In this document: in pieces, positions 19,468 to 29,950 of the stretch
Numbering within the stretch: position 1 is the stretch's first letter
How the letters are laid out: each line of letters starts with the position of its first letter
Source of the DNA: an uncultured Acidobacteriota bacterium
GTDB taxonomy: Bacteria; Acidobacteriota; Thermoanaerobaculia; UBA5066
Reading direction: 5' to 3'
NCBI GenBank assembly: GCA_963779415.1
Contig: CAVZYA010000001.1
Coordinates: forward strand, 1,120,001-1,184,000
DNA: 64,000 nucleotides
Notes under the pieces: generated by a model
Database searches by the model: none
Told to the model about the DNA's origin: nothing
Seen by the model: only the letters and a program-made list of their open reading frames with translations
Program-made: the position numbers and the translations under genes

Positions 19468-19541
19468 GAGCTCTCGATGGCGGAGAGGGTCCGCTCGACG
19501 CTTTGAAGGAGAGACCGGTAGTTCATTCGACCCGGAGTGTA
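19468..19541 (-). pseudogene. Direct repeat copy B: truncated 5' end of the SpoIIE gene (MNYRSLLQSVERTLSAIESS...stop)
   Basis: Identical first ~20 codons; interrupted by the GGGGTCAGGTCT motif and a stop. Confidence 0.85.
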
Positions 19542-19567
19542 GCGGGCGCGACGGAAGCGCGCCGCGC

Positions 19568-21088
19568 TCAGCCGAACGTCGCCAGCTCTGTGAGGAAGCG
19601 GTCCTGCCAGGCGTGGCCGCGCTTCTCGGAGATCCCGCCGTTGATCAGGATCGAGAAGACGTAGCGCGCGCCGCTCTTCGCGGTGACGTAGCCGCAGATC
19701 GTCGAGACGCCGTTGATCGTTCCCGTCTTGGCCACGACGTTCCCGAAGGTGGCCGCGCCCTGGAGCCGGCTTCGAAGCGTCCCGTCGGGGTCGCCCGCAA
19801 CCGCCATCGTCCGCTCGAACGATTCGAAGTGCGGCCAGCGCGTCGCCAGGGCCTGCAGAAACTCGGCGTACGCGCGGGCGCTCGCCCGGTTGCCGCGGGA
19901 CCGGCCGGAGCCGTCCGCGAGATCGTACGCGGCCGGGTCGAGGCCGAGCGACTGAAGGAATCCGGCGACCTCCGCGAGACCGCTGGCCCACGTCCCGGCG
20001 CCGCGCTTCTCGGCGCCGAGCGTCTTGAGGATCTGCTCGGAGAAGAACCCCTGCGAGCGCTTGTTGGCGACGGAGATCGCGGTGACGAGCGGAGTCTCGT
20101 GAGTATGCAGGAGCGTCCGGGTCGCCGTCGCTTCCGGCGTGGGGGGCGTCGGAACTTCCTCCGGGGGCGCCTCCACGCGGATCCCGGCGTCGCCAAGGAC
20201 GCGGGTGAACGCCGATGCGAAATAGAGGGGCGGATCGGGGACGGTCACGTCTCCCATCCAGATCCGGTTCTTCCCGACGCTGCCGGCCGCGATGACCGTC
20301 CGGCTTCCGGCCGTCCTCCGGACGCCGACGTAGGTCCGCGAGGCAGTCGTCGAGACGTGAGAGATGAGCGAAAGGAGGTACGGCCAGGCCGGGTGAAAGC
20401 CGAGGACCGCCGGGCGTCCCGGCCTGAGACCGCCGGACGCTCTGACGAGCACGACATTGTCGTTGTAGGAGATCGCGGAGACCGGCGCCTGGTACCAGCG
20501 CCCGTCCTGCTCCTCGGGCCAGTCCGGATGGATCTTCACGTCGTCGAAGAAGGACGTGTCGAGAAGGAGGCCGCCGCGGACGTCCTTGATTCCCTGACGC
20601 GCCAGCGAATCGGCCCACGGACGGAAGACGGCGAGCGGGTCGTCGTCGTAGAGGCGCCCCGAAATCGCCGGATCGCCCCCGCCGACGACGATTAGCCGCC
20701 CCGGCAGCGTCCCGTCCGGCTCGATCTGCGTGTCGCGGTAAAGACGGGTCCGGAACCGGTACTCCTCGCCGAGACGGTCGAGCGCCGCCGCCGAGGTGAA
20801 GAGCTTCGTCGTCGAGGCGAGGACGAGCGGCCGGTCGGCGTTCACGGCAACGATCGGAGAGGCGTCGCCGATCCGCGCGACGACGACCGCGTACTCCGAT
20901 GCGGCCACGGGCCGGCGCTTCGCGAGCCATGTCAGGCGCTGCGCGAGCGTCTGCGGCGCGGCCGGCCCCTTCGGCTTCCTCGGCTTCGCGGCCATCGCGC
21001 CGGCCGGAGCGAGGAGAAAGAACGCCACAGAGGCGGCCGCGAGCGCCGCGGATCGAGCACGCAGCCGCCTCGTCACCGGATGGATCAT
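19568..21088 (-). CDS. dacB: D-alanyl-D-alanine carboxypeptidase/endopeptidase (PBP4, peptidase S13)
   Basis: ASTTKLFT (SxxK), GGGDP, DGSG, AKTGT. Confidence 0.93.
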   Translation of the reverse strand: MIHPVTRRLRARSAALAAASVAFFLLAPAGAMAAKPRKPKGPAAPQTLAQRLTWLAKRRPVAASEYAVVVARIGDASPIVAVNADRPLVLASTTKLFTSAAALDRLGEEYRFRTRLYRDTQIEPDGTLPGRLIVVGGGDPAISGRLYDDDPLAVFRPWADSLARQGIKDVRGGLLLDTSFFDDVKIHPDWPEEQDGRWYQAPVSAISYNDNVVLVRASGGLRPGRPAVLGFHPAWPYLLSLISHVSTTASRTYVGVRRTAGSRTVIAAGSVGKNRIWMGDVTVPDPPLYFASAFTRVLGDAGIRVEAPPEEVPTPPTPEATATRTLLHTHETPLVTAISVANKRSQGFFSEQILKTLGAEKRGAGTWASGLAEVAGFLQSLGLDPAAYDLADGSGRSRGNRASARAYAEFLQALATRWPHFESFERTMAVAGDPDGTLRSRLQGAATFGNVVAKTGTINGVSTICGYVTAKSGARYVFSILINGGISEKRGHAWQDRFLTELATFG

Positions 21089-21139
21089 GGCGGCATTTTA
21101 CGCGATCGGAGGGCGATCCCGGCCGAAATACAATGAGTC

Positions 21140-23584
21140 GTGGGCCTCTCCGTCGATCTCGCGAAAAGGACGGTCACGGTCTCGCCCGCCACGCTCCTCT
21201 CCGGCGCGTTCCGGCGGATCGGCTTCGACCGCGGGGACGGATTCGAGCGCCTCTGGATCGGGCAGGAGATTCACAGGCGCGTGCTCGGCGCCTTCGCCGA
21301 CTCGGTCCCGGGCTACGAGTCCGAAAAGGGGGTCCGGCTCGCCTTTCCCGTGGACGACTTCACCGCGGTTCTGGAAGGGCGCCTCGACGGGCGCTTCGAG
21401 GTGGACGGACGCGTCGTCGTCGACGAGGTCAAGTCGGTCCACTTCGCCGAGGATCTCGCGAAACTCCCCGGCTCGCCCCGTCTCGCACGGTTCGAGACGC
21501 AGCTCCGGTGGTACCTCCTCGCGGTGGCCCGCGCCGAAGGGCGCGAGGTGGCGGGACGGCTTGTCCTCGCCGACATCGAGACCGGCGCCACCCGGATCCA
21601 GGATGTCTCCTTCGACCCGGCCGGCGTCCTCGCGGACCTCACACGCCGGGTCCGGTGGCTGCTCGAGGAGTTCCACGCGGTCCATGCCCTCGCGGAGGCG
21701 AAGCGCGCGGAGTCGGCGAACCTCCCGTTCCCCTTCGAGGAGTTCCGTCCCGGCCAGATCGCGATGGCGGCGGCGGTCGCCAGGGCCGCGGCGACGGGGT
21801 CGCACCTTCTCGTCGAGGCGCCGACGGGCATCGGAAAGACGGCGGCGGCACTCCACCCGCTTCTCGTGAACGCCCTCGCGAAAGGCCGGAAGCTCTTCGT
21901 CCTGACCGCGAAGACGACGCAGCAGGAGATGTTCGTCCGGACGCTCGACGCGATCGACGGCGACACGTTCCGATCCGTTCGACTCCGCGCGAAGGAGCGG
22001 ATGTGCGCGAACGACGTCGTTCTCTGCCACGAGGACCACTGCCGATTCGCGAAGGACTATGCCGCGAAGATGGAGTCCTCGGGGCTGGTCGAGCGCCTTC
22101 TCGATTCGCGGCGCCACCTCGACCCCGACGCCGTCTTCGAGGAGGCGCGGCAGGAGGAGGTCTGTCCGTTCGAGGTGTCGCTGGAGCTGGCCGAGCGGGC
22201 GGACGTCGTCCTCGGCGACTACAACTATGTCTTCGACCCGGTCGTCGCCCTCGCCGCCGCGAAGGACCCGGCCTCGCTCGCCGACTCGCTTCTCCTCGTG
22301 GACGAGGCACACAACCTCGTCGACCGGGGGCGCGGCTACTATTCCCCGGAGCTCGCGGACGCGGCCCTCGCCGCGCTCGAGGAGCGGATCGGCTCCTGTT
22401 CGGCCCGGTCGGCCTGGGACGCCGCGCAGGCGGCGCGGCGCATCCGGCAGCTCGTCGCGGACGCGGCGGCCCTCCTTCCCGAAGACGGGGCGGAGCCGAC
22501 CGGCCTCGTGCCGCTCGACGTCGCGCGCCTCGACGACCTCCGGCTCGATCTCGAGTCCCTCCTCGTCCGACATCTCGCCGACCTTCGCGCCGGGGCCGAG
22601 CGGCTGCCGAACGACCCCGTCCTCGACCTCTACTTCACCTTCACGCGCTTCCACGACGTGGCACGGATGGCGCAGCCGCCGGGGGTGGACGCGCCCGATG
22701 CGGCCTTCGACGTTCTCGCCTCGCGCGCGGCCGCGGGCGCGCGTTTCTCGATCCTCTGCAAGGACCCGTCACGTCCCCTCGGAGCCGTGCTGAACGGAGC
22801 CGCCGCCACGGTCGAGATGTCGGCCACGCTGACGCCGCCCGAGTTCTACCGGGATCTCCTCGGGCTGGACCCCGACCGTACCGACGTCCTCCGTCTCCCT
22901 TCCCCGTTTCCCCGGGAGAACCGGGTCGTCCTCATCGCGGCCGACGTCGACACCACTTACTCCGCGCGCGCGAAGGACTCGCCCCGCCTCGCCGTGCTCG
23001 TGGCCGACGTCGCCCGCGCCTGTCCGGGAAACGTCCTCGCGCTCTTTCCGTCCTACCGTTTCCTCGACGACGTCCGGCGGCACCTTCCCGCCCTTCCCGG
23101 GCGGCGGGTCCTCCGGCCGTCGGACCGCTCGACCGAGCTGGAGCGGATCGCGACGCTCGACGCGATGCGCGACGGGGGCGCTCCCGTCCTTCTCCTCGCC
23201 GTCTCGGGAGGAGCGTTCGCGGAAGGGGTCGACTACCCCGGCGAGATGCTCCGCGCCGTCGTCGTCGTCTCCCCCGCTCTCCCACAGGTCCGCTTCGAGC
23301 AGGAGCGGATGCGCGCCTACTTCGAGGAGCGCTTCGAGAAGGGCTTCGAATACGCCTACGTCGTCCCCGGGATGACGCGCGTCGTCCAGAGCGCGGGGCG
23401 CCTCATCCGGTCGGAGACGGACACGGGGGTCGTCGTCCTCGCGTGTCGGCGCTTCCTCCGCGCGCCCTATGCGAGCTACCTCCCGGCGGACTGGTACGGG
23501 GACGACCCCTCGGAGCTCCTCTCGACGTCGGTGGGCGCCGACACGGCGGCCTTCTTCGAGAGATGCAGCCGCCACGTCCGCTGA
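21140..23584 (+). CDS. Rad3/XPD/DinG-family FeS DNA helicase with N-terminal PD-(D/E)XK (Cas4-like) nuclease domain
   Basis: GQEIH, GRLDG..VDEVKS, QLRWY; EAPTGIGKT, four Cys, DEAHN, EGVDY, QSAGRLIR; TACAAT 5 nt before GTG. Confidence 0.9.
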   Translation: MGLSVDLAKRTVTVSPATLLSGAFRRIGFDRGDGFERLWIGQEIHRRVLGAFADSVPGYESEKGVRLAFPVDDFTAVLEGRLDGRFEVDGRVVVDEVKSVHFAEDLAKLPGSPRLARFETQLRWYLLAVARAEGREVAGRLVLADIETGATRIQDVSFDPAGVLADLTRRVRWLLEEFHAVHALAEAKRAESANLPFPFEEFRPGQIAMAAAVARAAATGSHLLVEAPTGIGKTAAALHPLLVNALAKGRKLFVLTAKTTQQEMFVRTLDAIDGDTFRSVRLRAKERMCANDVVLCHEDHCRFAKDYAAKMESSGLVERLLDSRRHLDPDAVFEEARQEEVCPFEVSLELAERADVVLGDYNYVFDPVVALAAAKDPASLADSLLLVDEAHNLVDRGRGYYSPELADAALAALEERIGSCSARSAWDAAQAARRIRQLVADAAALLPEDGAEPTGLVPLDVARLDDLRLDLESLLVRHLADLRAGAERLPNDPVLDLYFTFTRFHDVARMAQPPGVDAPDAAFDVLASRAAAGARFSILCKDPSRPLGAVLNGAAATVEMSATLTPPEFYRDLLGLDPDRTDVLRLPSPFPRENRVVLIAADVDTTYSARAKDSPRLAVLVADVARACPGNVLALFPSYRFLDDVRRHLPALPGRRVLRPSDRSTELERIATLDAMRDGGAPVLLLAVSGGAFAEGVDYPGEMLRAVVVVSPALPQVRFEQERMRAYFEERFEKGFEYAYVVPGMTRVVQSAGRLIRSETDTGVVVLACRRFLRAPYASYLPADWYGDDPSELLSTSVGADTAAFFERCSRHVR

Positions 23585-23593
23585 GGTCGCGGG

Positions 23594-24469
23594 TCAGTCG
23601 TCGAAGTCGTCCTTCGGCGAACCGCCCTTCTTCATCGGCATCGTCGTCTTCTCGGAGTCGCGCTTGCGCGTCGAGTGCGTCCGCTCGCCGCTCTCCTTCG
23701 CCCCGTCGCCGACGACGTCGATCACGATCGACGTGATGTTGTCGACGCCGCCCCGCTCGTTCGCCAGGTCGACGAGCTTCCGGACGACGGACTCCGCGGC
23801 GGTCTCCGTCAGGAGGAACCCGTGGATCTCGTCGTCGGCGACCATCCCGGTCAGTCCGTCGGAGCAGAGGAGGAAGCGGTCCCCTTCGCGGAGCGGGACC
23901 TCGATCAGGTCGACCGAGACGTGCGGCGATCCGCCGAGGGCCCGGGTGACGACATTCTTCAGGGGGTGGCTCTTCGCCTCGTCCTCCGAGAGGATTCCGG
24001 CGTTCACCTGCTCCTGCACCCACGAGTGATCGTCGGTGAGGCGCCGCAGCTCGCCGTCGCGGAAGAGATAGGCCCGGCTGTCGCCGACGTGGACGAGCGT
24101 CGCGCGCTCGCCGTCGACGAGGGCGGCCACGACCGTCGTCCCCATCCCCTTCAGCTCGGGGCGGTTCGCGACGGCGCGCATCACCTTCTCGTTGGCGCGC
24201 TCCACGGCCGCCGTCAGGCGGTTTCCGCTCGAGGAGGCGCGGTTTCCGTAGCCGAAGGGCCACGAGCTCTCCGTCGTGTCGTCGCTCGTGGCGATGAACT
24301 CCTGCATCGACTCGACCGTGATCCTCGAGGCGACCTCCCCCGCCGCGTGGCCCCCCATGCCGTCGGCCACGACGAAGAGGCCCCGCTCGGCATCGACGAG
24401 GTACGCGTCCTCGTTGTGCTTCCGCTTCCGTCCGACGTCCGTCAGCCCGAAGGCCTTGAGTGTCCGCAC
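23594..24469 (-). CDS. Stp1/IreP-family PP2C Ser/Thr phosphatase
   Basis: TDVGRKRKHNED, VADGMGGH, HVGDSR, CSDGL, GGVDNIT. Confidence 0.95.
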   Translation of the reverse strand: MRTLKAFGLTDVGRKRKHNEDAYLVDAERGLFVVADGMGGHAAGEVASRITVESMQEFIATSDDTTESSWPFGYGNRASSSGNRLTAAVERANEKVMRAVANRPELKGMGTTVVAALVDGERATLVHVGDSRAYLFRDGELRRLTDDHSWVQEQVNAGILSEDEAKSHPLKNVVTRALGGSPHVSVDLIEVPLREGDRFLLCSDGLTGMVADDEIHGFLLTETAAESVVRKLVDLANERGGVDNITSIVIDVVGDGAKESGERTHSTRKRDSEKTTMPMKKGGSPKDDFDD

Positions 24470-24472
24470 GCG

Positions 24473-25117
24473 TCAGACCTTCCTTCCCCAGGAGCCGCTC
24501 GTGGGGCGCTGCGTCTCGCCGTCCCGCACCTTCTGAAGGAGGGTGAGCATCTCGGCGTCGTCGGGAAACCACTTGAGAGCTTCGGTGAGGTACCGCTCGG
24601 CCTTCGCGCTCAGGCCCGCCATGTAGTAGAGGCGGCCGGCGTCCCGGTAGTACTTGGGGTTGTTGGGGTCGAGCCGGATCGCGGCCTCGATCGCCTCGAT
24701 CCCCCTCCGCACCTGCCCGACGACCCGCTGACAGCAGAGGGCGAGGTACTGCCACGCCCTCGGATCCCTGTCCCAGTGCTTGACGGCGAGGTCGAACTCC
24801 TGAAGGGCCTCCGGGTAGAGCCCTTCCTTGTATGCCTTCACGCCTCGCGCGAGGTATGCCCGCGCGATCGCCTGCGTGTCATTCGCCACCGGCTTCTGCT
24901 TGTCCAGCTCGGCGTCGTGCTGCTTGCGTCGTGCCGCGTTCGTCAGAACGTTCATCGCCTCCGTCAGGAGCTGGAAGGTCTCCTCCGCCCGCCGCTTCAG
25001 CTCCGGGTCCGACTGCCGGTCCGGGTGCCCTTCGCGGGCCAGGACCCGGAACCGCGTCCGGATCTCGTCGTCCGTCGCCTGCCGGGGAGCCCCGAGCACG
25101 TCATAGTAATTGATCAC
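24473..25117 (-). CDS. J-domain (DnaJ) + TPR protein
   Basis: NYYDVLG...HPD motif followed by TPR-like helices. Confidence 0.85.
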   Translation of the reverse strand: MINYYDVLGAPRQATDDEIRTRFRVLAREGHPDRQSDPELKRRAEETFQLLTEAMNVLTNAARRKQHDAELDKQKPVANDTQAIARAYLARGVKAYKEGLYPEALQEFDLAVKHWDRDPRAWQYLALCCQRVVGQVRRGIEAIEAAIRLDPNNPKYYRDAGRLYYMAGLSAKAERYLTEALKWFPDDAEMLTLLQKVRDGETQRPTSGSWGRKV

Positions 25118-25220
25118 ACACCCTCGACGGCTGGCAGGGAACGAAACGCCATCTTCCCAGGCCGTTTCCGTGATTCTCACACAGCGGAGCGGCGGCGGAA
25201 AGTGGCCCGTTCCCCTTGGG

Positions 25221-26255
25221 TCAGGTCTCCCGGCGCGAGACCTCGCGGCGGGCGAGAGCCCGGATCGGGTCCGGGATGTTGCGGTCCCTCGAGAGCTTCT
25301 TCTGGTCGTCGTGGTGGAGGCGGATCACGAGCGAAAGCGAGGCGTCTATCGGAGTCCGCGAGTTTCGGGCAATCGCGAGCATGATGGAGTACTTCCGCAT
25401 CCACTCCTTGCGGAGGGTGATGTAGCGGAGGACGTCCTCCGAAACGCTCTTCATGTTCGCGATCGTCTCGACGTCACCTTCCCGGGTCTTCGGCGACTTG
25501 AGGACGGCGAGGGCGACGAGGCGGTTCGAGTCGCGGACCAGGAAGAGACGCTCCTCCTTGGACCCCCGCCAGGCGAGGCGGATCTTCTGGGCGACCGTGA
25601 AGTTCGCGAGCCGGGCGAAGAGGCTCGTGTGCTTCTCTTCCGACTCCGCCACGGCGGCGGCGGCCTCCGGGGAGATCGCCGTGGGGGGCGTCGTCTCGTC
25701 GCCCGGCTCGGGAGCGCCCGCCGCCCGGGCCCGCTCGTCCTCCTCGCGCTCCTTCTTCAGGAAGAACTCCTCGAGGAACTCGTCCGCGCGGCGGCGGATG
25801 TCGGGCGAGACGCGCGGGTTCTCGAACAGCCTCTCCACGATCTGCGGCGCCGCGAGGAGCCGGACCTGGTTCGTCACGAGGACGTCCTGCAGGTACGGAT
25901 CGATCCGGTCCGCGAGCCAGGCGAGCGTCTCGTCCGCCACCGCTTTGTGGCGGAGGAGCGGCTCGAGGACCATGGCCTCCTCCGTCCGCCGGGCGATCGC
26001 GTCGAGCTGCTCCGGCCTCACGCCGGACGAAAGAACTGCCTCCCGGAGCGTGTCGGCCTTCAGCTCCCGGAAGCTCTCCTCGGCGAGCGCCCGGAGCGTC
26101 GACTCTCCCCGCGAGAGAAGCGACCCGAGCGCGCGGGCGATCTCGCTCGGCGCGAGCGGGACGAGGCCGCGCGCCGCGAACTCGAGGACCTGAGCGGGCG
26201 CGGTGCCCGACTCGATCTGGGAGAGAAGCTCACTCTCGGTCTCGCCCGGAGCCAT
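25221..26255 (-). CDS. Hypothetical alpha-helical repeat protein
   Basis: Normal codon use; KIRLAWRGSKEERLFLVRDSNRLVALAVLKSP, ARNSRTP repeats. Confidence 0.75.
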   Translation of the reverse strand: MAPGETESELLSQIESGTAPAQVLEFAARGLVPLAPSEIARALGSLLSRGESTLRALAEESFRELKADTLREAVLSSGVRPEQLDAIARRTEEAMVLEPLLRHKAVADETLAWLADRIDPYLQDVLVTNQVRLLAAPQIVERLFENPRVSPDIRRRADEFLEEFFLKKEREEDERARAAGAPEPGDETTPPTAISPEAAAAVAESEEKHTSLFARLANFTVAQKIRLAWRGSKEERLFLVRDSNRLVALAVLKSPKTREGDVETIANMKSVSEDVLRYITLRKEWMRKYSIMLAIARNSRTPIDASLSLVIRLHHDDQKKLSRDRNIPDPIRALARREVSRRET

Positions 26256-26285
26256 GGCCTGAGATTATCGGATGCGGGACGGAAA

Positions 26286-27137
26286 TCAGCCGTTCGTCCG
26301 GTGGGCTCCCGGCTCGATGACGTGGTCCTTCACGACTTCCCCGGGGCGGCCGATCGGCGGAATCGCCCGCCCGTCGATCGTCACGTCGACGCTCCCCGCG
26401 TTCCCGAGGGTCAGCGTGAAGGTTCGGCCGCCCGTGAACTCGCGGGTCGACCCTTTCGGGAAGAGGGAGCGGACGGCCACCCGGCCGTCGACGAGCACCT
26501 CGGTCCAGCAGTCGTCGCGGAAATGGAGCGTCATCGTGCTCGTCCCGGCAGGCGCCGACGGGGATGGGGCTGAGGAGGTGCTTCCCGGAACGGGAGAGCC
26601 TGCCGGGAGGGCCACGGTCGCTGCGGCGACCGCCTGCGGGAGGGCGAGGGACGCCGGACCTCTCTCGGCCCGCGTCGGACCGGGCGCGGCGCCGTGGCGC
26701 GGCTCGGGGGCCCGGGATTTCGCGAGGATCGCGATCCCGGTCGCGATCGCGAGCGTTGCGGTCACCGCCACGACGCGGATCATCGTGCTCGAGGCGACGC
26801 TTCGCCGCGAGTGCGGGGTCGAAATCGTCTCCGTCATCGGGCGGATGGACGGAGCGGAGGACGTCTCCTTCGGCCGCGACGCCTCCCACGCCTCGAAGAC
26901 GTGCCGGTACGCCGCCACCGTCCGTTCCGGGTCGAGACCGAGGTGGAGGGAGATGGCGCGGATGAAGCCGCGCGAGAAGACGAGCGCGGGGAGGATCTCG
27001 AATCGCCCGGTCTCGAGCGCCTCGATCTGGCGCACCGACACTTTCGTCACGAGAGCAAGCTGCTCCCGCGTCACTTCCCGAAGCTCCCGCTCGCGGCGGA
27101 GCTCCTCCCCGAAATCCCGAGGGGTTTCGACTTTCAC
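26286..27137 (-). CDS. rodZ: RodZ-like protein (HTH-TM-DUF4115)
   Basis: FGEELRRERE..IEALE.G.F..LP...RGFI; TM helix; CWTEV..DG, LGNAG. Confidence 0.8.
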   Translation of the reverse strand: MKVETPRDFGEELRRERELREVTREQLALVTKVSVRQIEALETGRFEILPALVFSRGFIRAISLHLGLDPERTVAAYRHVFEAWEASRPKETSSAPSIRPMTETISTPHSRRSVASSTMIRVVAVTATLAIATGIAILAKSRAPEPRHGAAPGPTRAERGPASLALPQAVAAATVALPAGSPVPGSTSSAPSPSAPAGTSTMTLHFRDDCWTEVLVDGRVAVRSLFPKGSTREFTGGRTFTLTLGNAGSVDVTIDGRAIPPIGRPGEVVKDHVIEPGAHRTNG

Positions 27138-27145
27138 GGCCCGAG

Positions 27146-27928
27146 CTACGTTAAGACCCGCTTCCCGGCCCTGTCAATGAATCGCGGGGGCGATTCGAGG
27201 AGACGCCGCACCCAGGCCGAGAGAAGCGGCGCGAGTGTCTCGTCCGCGGCCAGCCGGACCCACTCGGCCCGTGTCGACGAGACGAGCAGGGCGAGCGCCG
27301 CGCCCCGCGGCGTCCGCGGGTGCCGGATCAACGCCTCGCGGACCGCCGGCCGCCCCGCCCACCGGGGGATCGCCGCGAGGGCCGCGAGAGCCGACGCCTC
27401 CGGACGCCCGACGGTGAGCCAACGGACGACGTCGTCGGGGACGAGGCGGGAGTTCTGGCAGAGCGCCTCGAGGATCATCGGGTCATTCTCCTCGAGGAGG
27501 GGAAGGAAGAGATCGCGGTCGGCGAGCCGCGAGAGCGCCGCCTTCTCCCCCCGGGAGAGCTGCCGGAGCATCGCGAGGAGCCTGCGGCTCGCCGCCTGGC
27601 GGACGGGACCCGGCGCGCGGACCTCGCGGGCGACGGCGGCGAGATCCCGCCACGAGAGGTCCTCGAGAACATGGAGCGCCTCGGCCCGCGGCGTGGAAGG
27701 GTGCTCGGCGAGAGCGCGGCGAATGGCCCGCGCCCGCAGGAGCGAGCGCATACGGACGATCCGCTCGACGATCTCCGGCGTCGCGAACGGATGCCGGAGG
27801 ACCAGGAGGACCTCACGCTCGTGAAAGCTCTCGAGGTGCTCCTCGACGAGGGCGGCGAGCGTCGGCCCGTCGGCCTCTCCGATCCGGACGGCCCAGGGGA
27901 CCTCCCGGGGCGACTCTTCCTCCGTCAC
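27146..27928 (-). CDS. Hypothetical helical-repeat protein
   Basis: Repeated L.HP.TP / L.QN.RL motifs; GTGA overlap with trpA stop. Confidence 0.7.
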   Translation of the reverse strand: MTEEESPREVPWAVRIGEADGPTLAALVEEHLESFHEREVLLVLRHPFATPEIVERIVRMRSLLRARAIRRALAEHPSTPRAEALHVLEDLSWRDLAAVAREVRAPGPVRQAASRRLLAMLRQLSRGEKAALSRLADRDLFLPLLEENDPMILEALCQNSRLVPDDVVRWLTVGRPEASALAALAAIPRWAGRPAVREALIRHPRTPRGAALALLVSSTRAEWVRLAADETLAPLLSAWVRRLLESPPRFIDRAGKRVLT

Positions 27929-28733
27929 GCCCGCCGCACGGCGGCGGCGAGGCTGCGGACCCGTCCGGCGGCGGCTGCGACGGGGTCTCGGCCTTCCCGC
28001 ACCGCGTCCTCCGCCGACGAGACTACCGCACTGCCGACCACGACTCCGTCGGCGAGACGCGCCACCGACGCGACCTGCTCCGGCGAGGAGATGCCGAAGC
28101 CGACGGCCAGAGGAAGACGGGGAGCCTGCGTCCTGACCCGGGTGATGAGCGCCCCCAGCCCTTCCGAAAGCTCCGCGCGGGCGCCGGTGACGCCCGTCCG
28201 CGAGACGAGGTAGAGGAAACCGCGCGACAGGAGAGCGGCCTTCCGGAGCCTCTCGTCCGGCGAGGTGGGGGCGACGAGGGAGACGAAATCGAGCCCGGCC
28301 TTCCGGAGGCGCGCGGCGAATCCCTTCGCCTCCTCGAACGGCAGGTCCGTCAGGAGAACGCCGTCGGCCCCCGCCTCCTTTGCCCGCCGCGTGAAGAGCT
28401 CCTCCCCCATCGCGAGGATCGGGTTCGAATAGCCGAAGAGGACGACCGCGACGGAGAGCCCGTCGCGGCGAAGGCGCTCGAGGAGGTCGAGGACGGCGGG
28501 CAGCGTCGTCCCGCCGGCGAGGCTCCGCTCGCTCGCCCGCTGGATGACCGGCCCGTCGGCGATCGGGTCGCTGAACGGAATCCCCAGCTCGAGGAGGTCG
28601 GCCCCCGCCTCCTCGAGCGCGGGGAGGAGCCTCGCCGTCGTCGCGAGGTCCGGATCGCCCGCCTCGACGAAGACGACGAGGGCGGCTCGGTTCTCCTTCG
28701 CGGCGCGCGCGAAGGCCCTGCCGATCCGCGTCG

Positions 28734-28737
<4 letters not shown>
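27925..28737 (-). CDS. trpA: Tryptophan synthase alpha subunit
   Basis: [30 protein letters not shown]. Confidence 0.96.

Positions 28738-29942
<1,205 letters not shown>

Positions 29943-29950
<8 letters not shown>

Noticed and set aside
25218-25228. GGGTCAGGTCT, an 11/12 match to the element-end motif
   Set aside because: It consists largely of the last codons and stop of a core gene, with no cargo or duplication nearby; probably chance.
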